A DNA stretch of 64,000 bases from Paragordius varius (Eukaryota > Animalia > Nematomorpha). Of this stretch, positions 52,071 to 64,000 are shown piece after piece (positions within the stretch are counted from its first letter, which is position 1; each line of letters begins with the position of its first letter). The position numbers were made by a program, and so were the translations under genes. The stretch is from the NCBI GenBank assembly GCA_964247055.1, contig OZ176055.1, positions 4,712,001 through 4,776,000 on the forward strand. The letters run 5' to 3'. The notes under the pieces were generated by a model, which did not search any database, was not told the origin of the DNA, and saw only the letters and a program-made list of their open reading frames with translations.

Positions 52071-52994
52071 TAATCTTTATCAAAATAATCAATAAAGATT
52101 AAAACGCATGAATAATTCTAATTTACATTTGAAAATTATTTGCAATGATGCCTCGTCTACTCTCAGTGCACACATTTTTTGTCATGCATAAAACTATTTT
52201 TTAATATTAAATTTCAACTTGTTAACATATGTAAGACGTGCCTTTACATTAAAACATTAATATAATTTGGCATTTTGGAATAAATATTTTTAAGCACTAT
52301 AAATTTTAAACGTCTAAACATAGTTTTTCGTTTGTTACGCTCCAAAACCAATAAACAAAAATAAGACATTAATAAAGTTTTATTATAAATAAATTGTTAA
52401 GCTATGTCTAATATGATAAATAATTATTTAATTTTAATTTAACCATCTTTAATATGGGAAATAGATAAATAGTTTTTATTTAACATTAAATATTACTTCA
52501 AACCTAATATCAAGTTTTTTTACAAATAATATATTTATTGATACATCAAGTGGTATTGGATAAATAATGAAGTTTTTTAGTATTTTTTAATAAAAGCAAA
52601 AATAATTTGGTGAAAGCAATATTAAAAATTAACTCAAATTCAGGCAGTCGACTGGTTTTAATTTTTTGGATGCAATCCTATATAAAAATCAAAATGGCCA
52701 AAACTTTGATGTTGATGAAACATTAAATATACCTGAATATCCTGAGAGATAAATAATAAATGAAGAATACGACTAAAATATTTACTCAATAATTTCAACT
52801 ATAATAATTTTCGACATATATGTTGTCTAACCCATAAGTGTCTTTTATTATTATATAAAATTTACAATTTGACTACAAAATAGGATCATTTATTAATTAA
52901 ATGATTAAGATATTTATTACGAAAATGCTTTGGTTATAAAATACTGTGCGTATATATGGTTAGGCAAATATATTTGTTGACAAAAAGAATTGTA

Positions 52995-53292
52995 TACCAT
53001 TTACAGTTCAAATTCACCCTTGAGCAATTCAAATTCCCCCTTGAACAATACAAATTTACCCTCGAACAATTTTCACCCTAAAATAAATTATTTTAAAATC
53101 AAAAATTACCTATATTTTTTTATATTTTTATAAATGAAATTTTGTTTAAAATTAATATAATACTGAAAAAATAATAAACTATGCCATAAGAATATATTTT
53201 ATATTAATGATGAGTTATATTAGCCCGAAAATACTAAATTATTTTTAAAGTGAATTTGAATTGTTCAAGGGTGAATTTGAATTGTAAATGGA
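52995..53292. mobile_element. TACCATTTAC MITE between the SPR and ETFDH 3' ends
   Basis: ta|taccatttacagttcaaattcaccc ... gggtgaatttgaattgtaaatgg. Right end slightly decayed. Confidence 0.85.
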
Positions 53293-53413
53293 TATATGCA
53301 AAATATAGCTAAATAATTTATATTCCGAATTTATCTCTGGATATATATTATTATAATTTTCAAAAAGATATATTAAGTTGCATTATTTTTTTGAGGACAT
53401 ATGTATATATCTT

Positions 53414-56400
53414 TTACATGCCATCATAAGAAGGGCCGCCACCCCCTTCAGGCGCGACCCAATCAATATTAGCGGTGGGATCTTTAATATCACAAGTTTT
53501 GCAATGAATGCAATTTTGAGCGTTAATTTGTAGTTTTACCTTAGAAAAGCTGTTCTCATTCTTGTCATCAGCATTTTCCACAGGTACGTATTCGTAAACA
53601 ACTAAAAAACAACAACAATGGTTTTATAGAACTTAAATTATTCAAAACATATGTATATATATTACCAATTTAATCAACAAGTTCAAGTTATATTTTTAAA
53701 CATATTGAACATACATTACCTATAGTAATGGACCTTATTATCACAAAAAATGGAAGATATTGCAACATAAAACTGATAAAAATTATTATCTTATATTTGA
53801 AGGTTATGAAATATGCTCAAATATCCAGAAGAAAAAATTAAAAACTAAACAGTAAAAAATAATTCAAGGTAAAAACCAATATTATACAATTTTTTAAAAA
53901 GACCTCCATACTTTTTACCATCCTTTTCCTGCATATATAATTAAAACTTGAAATGTGTAATTGAGTATGTAATTTACATTTTTATGCATCATTTTAATAC
54001 AAAAATTAAAATTGCTGTATAGAAAGTAGGGTTGTATTTGTGTTATTACAATTCGTCTGTATAATCAAATTTTATTGTATTAATAATATTAAATAGAACT
54101 TCTGAAAAACGCGTTTAGCAATCATCATTTCAAAATTAAAAAAACCGATTAGGTAAAAAGTTAAAATTTAATAAAAAAGAAATGGGCTAAATTTATAAGA
54201 AAAATACTTTTCATTGTAAAAGAAAAAATATTAAAAAAGAATTTTTTTTCGCTTCATGCCGTCGGTGTCCAACCGTTTTTATTTTAAAAGCTGTTTTAAA
54301 AACTATTTTATCTCGCTTTTTTAATTAAACAAATTATTGTATTGTAAATAATCGAGTGAAATATATTACATGCAGGACAATATCTCCCTTCAGGACCGGC
54401 ATATATACTCCAATTTACAATTTCAGGGACCTATAATAATAGATTCAACGAATTAAAATATATATTCTTCCCATTTTAAAATTTTTAAAATAGCGATACA
54501 TATTTGTATAAGTCTATATTTATAGTGTTTTACAAAAATGCTCTCACACCCTTTTAAATTTAAAACATTTTCGATTTTTTAGGTCCAAAGCATAATTATT
54601 TTTTTTTCTTACCTTTTCACATTTATAATAGAGCTTACGTTAATTTTATTTTTCGAGTTTAATATCAACATGGCACAGATTATATAGAATAATATAAACA
54701 ACATAAGATAAAATAAATGATAAAAATCAGCTAGCTTTATTATGCATTAAAAAAACATTGTGGTATCAATAATTATGGTGTGCTAATTATTTCATAAATT
54801 ATTTTAAAATATACATTTTTATTTATGAGTTTTACATATAACATCGATTCTTTGGGTACTTGATTTAATTAGATTAAATATTATTTAATGCGAAAAACGA
54901 AGGAGTCTCAATTTGGATAAATTTACACTATGTATTTACTTTTTGATTTGAGCAGCACTAAAATAAGCGTCAACCGCCAAATCATAAATATTTGAGTGTT
55001 CTTTCAAATAATATTATAAAATCGATTCTATTAACTTTCCAAAACATAAAATATATAATTACATGATCATTTTTCAGGGTTAAATGACAAGGTTGATCAC
55101 TATTGTGATTGGTGCCAGTCAAAGCAACGGAAGACAAAATATCAAATGTTTGAATGTTGTTCGGTTTTGGGTAATAGGAATCGGAAGATCGTTTAGATTT
55201 GGCTTTTCCCGCAGATTCAAGACATTGATTATCTAAATCTATTAAATAAATTCTTCGATTGTTATTAGAACTTAAAAATGGTGGCTTTTAACTATAAATA
55301 ATATTTTAAAGCTATGATAATATCGAATAGACGTAACACTGCAAAGACGATTAACTGAAAGGGTTATTGGAGGATGTCCCAACTCAAACTGAACGGCGAT
55401 TCGGAGAAGCCCAATACGTATCACGAAAAACTATGACCCAATAATTTTGATAACGTCAAATCGAAAATCGCAAAGCGAGTTGTGAAATACTGTGCGTCAC
55501 GAAATGAAATTATTTTTAAGCCGAATTTTGATGGGTGGTGTGGCTTTATTTTGTAAATCCAGAGCCAATTAAATTGTGACTTTTACCTTGCCAAGCCAAT
55601 CCATCAACAACAAGGCCAAATCGCTTCGGCAAAAGACCATGCTTTGTGTTTAATGGAACCAGAGAGGTATTCGCTTAATACACGTTATCGCCAACGAATG
55701 ATAGAAACCGGCGAAAGAATCGAAAAACTCACAGATTCGAGCAATGGTTTCTTCATGACAATGCTCTCTATAACACAGCAACACCAAAGAACACCTCAAA
55801 ATGCATTAGAGGTGAAATCGTTCCGCATCCGTCCGTAACTCTGTTGAGCTGGCGCTATCTGCCTATCGCATTAATGGACCATAAACTCGCAGCGCAACAC
55901 TTCAATAATTTGGAAAACGTTGTCTTGAAAATGGTTAGCCGTGAAAGAAATTTTTTGTGGGATGCGTTTATATATTACCAGAAAAATGGATGAAATGTCA
56001 AAGATGATGATTTTTTGAAAAAATCTCTCTTTTAACTATATTTTCTAATAGTTTTATTTGTTTTTAATTAAATTACACTTCTAAATAAAAGAACAACCTT
56101 TATGGTATAATGTCCAAGGCTCGCGTCCTCGGCCCATATAAAATATTAGGCCAGTATAGAGAATACCACCAAAAATGCCTAATGTCTTCGTTTCGAAAGA
56201 GGGTTTAATGTTTCGAGTGGCATACATTTCCGACCAAACCCAGCTTTCACGGATTCGTTTTTCATATATTAAGGGTTCGGAATCTGGTTAATATATTTAA
56301 TATGCGTTTCATCAATCGTAATGCACAAATTGTATACCTCAAGAAATATTATATATTTTAAATAACCAAAAATTCAAGATATCTTACAACTGCATTCAAC

Positions 56401-59400
56401 TATGTATAATTAGAGTCGAATTAACAAATTTTTAATAGCAATGTCATAGAAATGTCATAAGTGAAACTTAAACAAAATGAATGAATTTATAAATTTAGGA
56501 ATACTAAAATAAAAAAACGCAGTTGATTTTAATTAAACGATGTTAATAAGAGAAGATGAAGTTAATGGACAGATTAAAATAGGTTTGAGTAAATTTTCTA
56601 AAAACAAGAAATTACCACATATATTATAAAATTAGTAGATATATTATTTAGAAAAATAATTTAAGTATTAAATTTATTCAAAAAAATTGAAAAGCAATTT
56701 ATAATAATTATAATAATAATTACATCCATCACAAGAGCTTTGCTCAATGTAATTCAAGTCCTCTTCTGGGATTTCAGAGGTTCGTAGTTTAGGGAAAATT
56801 GTATCAAACATACTTTCTGCAGCGATCATTCCAGATTTCATTGCATTATGTGTACCTTTGATTTTGGCAACGTTTAAAAAACCGGAAGCACATCCACTTA
56901 AACAACCGCCGGGAAATGTTAGTCTTGGAATGGACTATAATAAATACAGTAAAAAAACGTAAAATTTAAAGAGAAATATACGGCAATCATATCGTTTTGG
57001 CTGCTAATAATAACAAACTGATCAAAACGGGACTTTTTGCGATTCGTTCAAGATCGTCTGCCTTAATATGAGAAAAACATCAAATACTTTTTTTAATTTA
57101 TACTCTAGGAATATGGATGACTCTCCATTTATAAAGAGTACAATCTAAAGAGGCTTATTACCCTGATGAAGTTTAACGGTAACTCGGCAATGAATCCTTT
57201 TATTATAAAAGTTGAGTCTTCCGCAAAACTTCAGTTGTTAGGGGAACAGTACCTATGCCACAGGAAAACAAAAGATAAGTCCCTTTTATACTAAATTTAT
57301 GTTATTTAATAAGCTTTTAACCATATATTCTTATTAACTTTATTTGGGTTATTGTCTGCTCGGTAAAATTGTAGTCGTTGACGTTTTATATAATTAAAAC
57401 TAATATCTCTTATCAACAACTCATTTAGTAACAAACCTCTAATCCAAAAATCAAACAATAAATTGTTCTTTCAAAAGCGCAGGTTATGGACGGTATATTT
57501 TTTATTTCCTTTATCAAATTAGAAAAAAATCTAAACATGACAATATTATATATATACGAAAATTTGCAATCATATAAATTAAAGTTTTAAAAGTTTTTCT
57601 CCCAATACATATATAGCTCATGGTACTCTGACAATCGGTCACCAATCGTACGGGGTGTACCCCGTGCTATTCTTATTGTCAATTGGTAACATATATAGCA
57701 GTTATATAGAAAACAGAGTTTAAAAAAAGTAGATCTTTTAAAGACGTCGATATAGTTTACATACTAAATTAAACTAAATATAAATTAAACACTTTCATCA
57801 CCATAAAGATGTGATATAGCGGTTTTCATAAAAGATACCTAATATAGCGCCTTTAAAAAATTTTAGCCTTATATAAAAAAAAATGTTAATTTTCACTAAA
57901 GCAGAAGCTCCGTATAATTTTAAAACACCCGATATACATTATAAATACTTTTTCAAACAATTCGATGCAGAAAAAAGATCTATCATCTCAGATTTTTGAA
58001 TTAGGGATTTTTTACTCGAACTTGATTATATATTTGGCGCCGTTATTCACCGGCTTTAGGGCATAAAAATTCCCAAATCAAAAATGAGTCGATATATCTT
58101 GTATTTGTTTATATACATATATTGGATGTTTTGTAAAATTACGCAACTTCCGCTTTAGTGCAAATTATTGGAACATTTTTTATATAAGGCTTAATTTTTT
58201 TGAAGCTAATAAAATGGGTAATCTCTATATACGAAGTTAATATATGATAATTTTTATAAAAATTAAAATCTTTTACGCTATACTAACAAGTTTTATGATT
58301 CAAATTTGACGCCAAAGGGCGTTTTTTAGCTTGTATTTTTGTAAGTCTTTCTAGGGCTCCCAAAAAAGGTAAACTCTTTATTGATAATATTTTAGATATA
58401 TAGATAGATGGCTGTTGTCAAAGAATCCCTTGGCATCCCGTCGTGACGGGGTTTATGTGTTCGATCATTGCATTGAAGGAATTTTGTTTAACCAATCCCC
58501 GGCTTTTATGTTTTTGGTCAGTAGGTCTTGGGTAATGTTATTATCCCATGTTATTGCTGGACGACCAACTCTGTTTTGTTTGTTTGGCTTGAAATTTGTT
58601 TATTTTTTATGCAATTATCATTATCTAATCTTTGCATATGACCGTAGTACGAGCCTACGGATTTGGATTTGTTTATGATGAGAAACTGTTCGCTTTTGTG
58701 TATTTTTCATTCTTTGTTCCATACTTTCCAGCATATCTTTTACTTATTTGTCATGATTCTCAGGCATATATTAAAAGAGGCCTAACGCCAATCAGGTATA
58801 TTTTAAGAATATATGTTTGTTGGATATGTGCTTATATTGGAATAATATATGATCAATGTGATAATAATTTGCGTTTAGATTTCTCATTATGATATATTTA
58901 AACAAAAAATTTAGTTGAAGCGTTTACATCTATTATATTTAAAATTTTGTTTGACCTAATGTGCGACAAAAATACCATTTTTAATTTTGGCTAATAACAT
59001 AAAAATTTGAATAACTTTTTATAAAATTTTAACTGCGTATCATTTTGATATTCATTATTCTGAAACATTTAGCTATCGAAGGGTATGTGATTGATTAACC
59101 TTTATTTTTCGATCCCCATTTTTGCCGCATAGTGTTATGGAAAGTTTTCTTCGCATCACTTTTTAACTCTAAATAATGCGTACATTGTTTAATAAGGTCT
59201 TGAAAAATAAACAATCAATACTATCCGTATGATTATATATTATTCTAAAAACAACAATGTTTTCGATTAAAGAGAAATGATGTTTTTGAGGGCCTTATAT
59301 ACTTTTAAACTATCATGTTAAAAATCTGATAATTTAATCTTTTTTTCTACCATAGTGCATAATTATTTTTTATGTACAGTTGATATGATTTTTTTTGAAT

Positions 59401-62313
59401 ATTTATATTGATTTTAAATAATTGCGGTTTGTAAAATTAATTTACAACCTATATAACACTTAATAGGGCATAAATATTAATCGAATCATTTTGACTTTTA
59501 CTAAAGTATGATTCGTTGGATAACATATTTGTGTAAAAACCACATTTTGTTAGTAATTTTTTAAACATTGCAAAAAGTTAAAGCGTCCTTCCAAATTTTT
59601 TTGAGATTGGGTCAAATAATTCATATATATCACCCAAATTTTTTGCTGCCAAATATTATTTTTCACATTTTTATGAAATTATTAATAATAATATATAGTC
59701 AAATCTCTTTTTATACATTAGACAAGACCGCATAAAAACGTTACATAAAAAGCTTAAAAATTCAAATTACACAAAAATAGGCAGGTGATCCTATTTCTAA
59801 AAAGTGCAAACGGTTAAATCTATAGAATAAAAATAAAAAAATAATTAATATTAAAATGCATTTGAAGTTTAATGGCAACATTCATGATATTTTTAATTTA
59901 TCACTATTTTTCTCAAGCGGTCTTATAATGTTAAGAAAATATTTTTTAAAAATAGCCGAAATACTATAAAAGGTAATATTATATACAATTTTTTCGTGAA
60001 AAAAGGCTAAATATATAAAACAAAAAATAAATGCTGATATTTTGAGCGCATGTTATGTACTTTGCATGTCCCCTAGATTATAATAAAAGTATACTTGATA
60101 ACCACCTTCATTCAGGGCTCTGGCCCCGTATCCAATGCGTTTAACGCCTTCGCCTGACAACAGGCGCAAAAAGTGTGGATGCGTTTTCATTTTTTGGAAT
60201 TCGCGGAAAGTGTTGATGTACGGATCATGATAATCCAATCCAATCACCATGCCCAATGCTACCAAATGTTGTTTAGTTGTGCTGTTTGGATCATGCCCCA
60301 AATGGTAAACAAATGATCCTCCGTATGTTCGATAATCCTTTAAAGTTGTGTAGACACATATATTATTATTTTGACTCATAATAATAAATGGAGTGTATTA
60401 CACAAGAAATATTAACTTAATTCATGTGCAAAACATTTAAACTTATGATTACACAGAAAAATAAAACAAAATATGATTGGGGGCTAAAATTATATATATT
60501 TTAAATGCTTTAGCTTGGGAATTTTGAGGTTAACGAGGATAGTTTACAGATTTAAACAAAATAAAGAATTTATTTATTTTTTCCTAGTAGGAAACAAAAA
60601 ATTAAATATCATTATATGGCCCATGAAACCTTGCCTGCCAGGGTTGACATGATCGTGAAAGTAAGTGAAAATCGAGCTCTGGCATATGAACACATTTAAA
60701 CGATGTATCAATACTGAATCAGCGAGAGTAATTTACTCAAAAATATCTAATAAAAAATAATTACCCTTAAGATACACAGCATAATTACTTTAATATAATT
60801 GTAGAATCCTTACAAAGTAGGTACTTAATTAAACTATCTATTACAATACTCACAAAACGGTTATATTAATTACCAAAGGAAATCCTATTGTGTGTTCAAC
60901 CAATCCAGGACGATGATTTGATGAATTAACCTCCCATAACTCTTTATAGCCAATCCCAAATGTTTGCGGTTGAGGATTAAAGTTTTGTCCACGTAATTTT
61001 TGCCCTAAAAAATATTACTAATATATAAAATAACCTAAAATTTTCAAAAGATAACATTATGTAAATAAATATGCTTTGATAAAATCCAATAAAGTTTCAT
61101 TAAAACATATTATCGACAAAACCCTTTTCACCAAAAATTGTTTATCTACAAACAGTATATAAAAAATAATTATTGCATTCTACAAAACCAAAATAATATC
61201 CAAATTGAGATCGGAATAAATATAATAAAGTATATCAACAAATATAAAATAACTATAACCCAATTAATTATATTAAAATATAATATTGCAGGAAATGTTA
61301 TAATTTTAGAGAAGTAAGTTATCGTTCTTGATTTATAAATAAAGTATTACTCGTTTAAAATAACATCAAACCGCTAATATAAGATATATAAACTTTCATC
61401 CAATTAGTTTCGACATAAGTCAAAAAATGTTCCAAAAAAATGAAACATATCTATTAAATTAATTCTATATATACATTTATCATCCACGCAAATAAAAAAA
61501 TGGATGCCACCAAACACTAAATCCCATAAATTCTGTAATTGGAAATCTTATAATAGGCAGTCATAATTAAATACGAGATGACATGTACTGATACTTTTAA
61601 TTTATAATAAACCAGCCAAATCCGGTACATAACTGATCCAGCACCATAACATAGGCCTTTCAACATAAAAACCGCTAAAAATAAAAATTAGAAAATATCT
61701 TAATAATTTTTTTTGAATATATATTGAAACATGGTCGCCACTAATTTTGTAAGACGTTTTATTTGCAGATTTTTTTCGAAGTTATAAGTATGCTTTCTAC
61801 ATTTATAAAAAATTCATTACGCAGCATTTTATAGGAATGCATATTAATTAACTATAACAAAATGATTAGTGTCATTTAAAAAATTTAAGTAAAGTTATTG
61901 AAAAAATTATTAAAATTTCCTTATTAATTTAAAAAATGGTATATAATATTTATTGAATTGATCCATATATTACATAGTATACACTTACGCCGTGAAAGTA
62001 ATTTAGTATTTTTAAAGGACGATATAATAATGATGATACCTAAATCATATAGTTTTAGATCGACATTGGATAAAGGAGCAGATATGCTTGATTTATATAA
62101 AGGGGATGCCATGAGCCGTTTAGTGAGATGTCCTCGAGCGCCTTCAGCGAAAAGAGTCAGTTTTGCACGAATTTCCATTCCTCTTTCAAAAGAGGCTTTT
62201 GGGGAACCATCTTGAGCGATTCCGACATCGTTTGTTGCAATGCCTCGGACATACCTCACTTCATTCAAGCGGTCATTGATATCGGAAATTCCGTCATCAT
62301 TGTCATATAATAT
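53414..62313 (-). CDS. ETFDH: Electron transfer flavoprotein-ubiquinone oxidoreductase, 3' eight exons (5' part outside the window)
   Basis: Exons (minus): 62313-62040 (alternative donor 61989), 61004-60874, 60337-60095, 56934-56724, 56283-56098, 55232-55063, 54430-54370, 53601-53414. Phase-consistent, 1464 nt. Motifs: [93 protein letters not shown] (4Fe-4S). Confidence 0.95.
55340..56020 (+). mobile_element. Mariner (Mos1/mauritiana-like) transposase relic in an ETFDH intron
   Basis: Broken frames give [52 protein letters not shown]...[17 protein letters not shown], in Mos1 order. TIRs not found. Confidence 0.8.
57010..57210 (-). mobile_element. RTE-like reverse transcriptase core fragment
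   Basis: Minus strand VKLHQG... followed by ADDL (YADD-like motif). Degraded. Confidence 0.45.
57840..58210. repeat. Foldback-type inverted repeat
   Basis: aaaattttagccttatataaaaaaaatgtt..ttttcactaaagcagaagctccgta versus tacgcaacttccgctttagtgcaaa..aacattttttatataaggcttaattttt. Confidence 0.65.
58400..58870 (-). mobile_element. RTE LINE 3' end with microsatellite tail
   Basis: Minus strand [53 protein letters not shown], then a ccatctatctatatatc tail. Confidence 0.8.
61500..61680 (-). mobile_element. RTE LINE fragment
   Basis: Minus strand RPML.GAGS motif with a frameshift, and a GGAT-type tail. Confidence 0.4.
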
Positions 62314-63169
62314 CTAAAACATTTGACTATTACAGGTTTCAATCAATTGCAACTTTTAATAATAAATATTTTATTATAGGGTTAAATAAAACTTATGTGA
62401 TTAATTTAGACATTTCTGTACGACATCATGTTAAATTTTTTACATCTGTAAAGTGTTTGCATTTGGCGATAACAGGTAATTTATATATCGCGTAATATTA
62501 TTTTCTTGATGCATAGGCGAGAGCTAAAATAAAAAAAAGCTTTATAACGCTGTGCGGTAAAAATCGCACTTTTGCGCCAGTGTAAAAGATTAATTGAATC
62601 ATTATACATCAATTATTTAGATAATATTTACCAAATATACTGCGTTTAAATGATCTAAGTCCAATATAAAAAGGAAATTTTATTTTTGCACCTAAGCTAA
62701 GTAGCGTATAATTTTTATAAGACATCCAATTACATATTATATATACTTTTTCTATACAATTGGATGCAACTTCTATAGATTCAGAATTTAGGGAGTTATG
62801 CCCAAAAGCCGGAATTAATAGCTAAATATTGATGTAATGTTTTTTTTCCAGCTATATTGGAGGTTTTGTAAAATTTATACGCTACTTTTGCTTTGTTAAA
62901 ATTATCTAAAAATTTCTTTTTATATAAAGTTTAATATTTCACAATATATTGGGTAAACTTTACTAGATAGTAAATATACATGATAATAATTACCCTTTAG
63001 AAGAAAAGGAAAAATAAAATGCTAAATTTATTGTTAACATTATACTCTATTGATATATCGATTAGCAATGTATTTGAAATACCAGGTATATTAAACATTA
63101 AAAATATCATAATTATGTTTTGATGGTAATAAAAATAGTGATTTCTTGGAAATATATCCAAAAGGAATA

Positions 63170-63377
63170 CAGTATGCATGTTAATGGTTGCTTATATCAC
63201 ACTATAATTTAGCAATTCGGATCACACTAACTTATGGAAAAAAACAACAAAATATTGAATAAAATAAACAAGTTTAAAAAAGGAAAAAATTATTCATCAA
63301 TTTTTATTTTTTCTATGCACTACTGTGTTACAGACCCAACAATAGTGTGATATAAGCAACCATTAAAATGCATACTG
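63170..63377. mobile_element. Tc1/mariner-type MITE, 208 bp
   Basis: TA|CAGTATGCAT.TTAATGGTTGCTTATATCACACTAT ... ATAGTGTGATATAAGCAACCATTAA.ATGCATACTG|TA. TIR of about 36 bp with one mismatch. Confidence 0.85.
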
Positions 63378-64000
63378 TAATTTAATAAAATGCTTATAGA
63401 TCAGTGATCCTCACCTAAAATCTGGACGGCCGCATAAAATATCTTTTTTGGCTCAAGGGATACAACCCAGTACCAACAAATACTACACTTCGCAAATCAG
63501 TACATCGAGATTTTTTGCGGTTAATACACAAATATTTTATAATAAAATCCTCTAAAAAAGGACATATTTTGAAATAAATCAATATTTTTGACAAATCTGG
63601 TTAAAATAACAAACCAATCAGTTCTACCACCATCCTTTGCAATTATTTTAAATATTACTTGTAAACTGGAATCATTATGATCGATGAATTCAAATGCGTA
63701 TGATCAAAAGAGAATAAATTTAAATGAAAAAAGCAATTCTTCTAACAAATATTACCGAATCAAACAGAATTTTATGTACTAAAAAATTAACAAATAAACA
63801 TCGATCGCGCTCAAAATTCTAAAAACCAAAAAAACTTTTTCGGGACCATAAAAAAGTACTTTTAAATCGGAATGCGGTCCATGCCGCGGTTTAAGTATCT
63901 TTGCTCTACAATCTTTTAGTAAATCAAACGCTTTTAACACTAGAAAATACACTGATAAATTATAAAAATAATTTTTTGTATGATTCATGCCATTCTTTTT

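Noticed and set aside
55063-55232. 5' part of the mariner element
   Set aside because: The minus strand encodes an ETFDH exon ([30 protein letters not shown]).
58415-58892. Two plus-strand hydrophobic ORFs (87 and 86 aa)
   Set aside because: Antisense reading of an RTE LINE 3' fragment.
62314-64000. Upstream ETFDH exons (GAPLNTPV / GNYIVRLG / FAD-binding GxGxxG)
   Set aside because: Not found in any frame by eye. They presumably lie beyond the window.

Overview
Very AT-rich animal genomic DNA (roughly three-quarters A+T by eye, not computed). It carries four conserved genes whose exons I assembled by hand using GT-AG boundaries and phase. (1) An 11-exon Cbl E3 ligase (minus, 6636-14118, about 860 aa). 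(2) An amyloid-precursor-protein family gene (plus, at least 14 exons, 26644-37733; signal-peptide exon unresolved). (3) An intronless sex-peptide/myoinhibitory-peptide receptor GPCR (plus, 50688-52070). (4) The 3' eight exons of ETF:ubiquinone oxidoreductase (minus, 53414-62313; 5' part lies outside the window). The SPR/MIP receptor points to a protostome; the exact taxon cannot be read from the sequence. Introns and intergenic DNA are full of transposon relics: a Blackjack-type hAT with perfect TIR and TSD, a complete non-autonomous Helitron, a self-nested TTAA (piggyBac-like) MITE pair, several TA-flanked and Charlie-like MITEs, a Mos1-like mariner relic, many RTE LINE fragments, and a roughly 1.2-kb foldback family into which most other elements are nested. 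The most notable observations are a 23-nt GT-AG intron in Cbl, an APP cytoplasmic tail about three times normal length that uses an extra exon, large in-frame insertions in all four conserved proteins, and a decayed HSPBP1/Fes1-like gene fragment embedded in a TIR element. I found no prokaryotic-type systems, CRISPR arrays, tRNA or rRNA genes.
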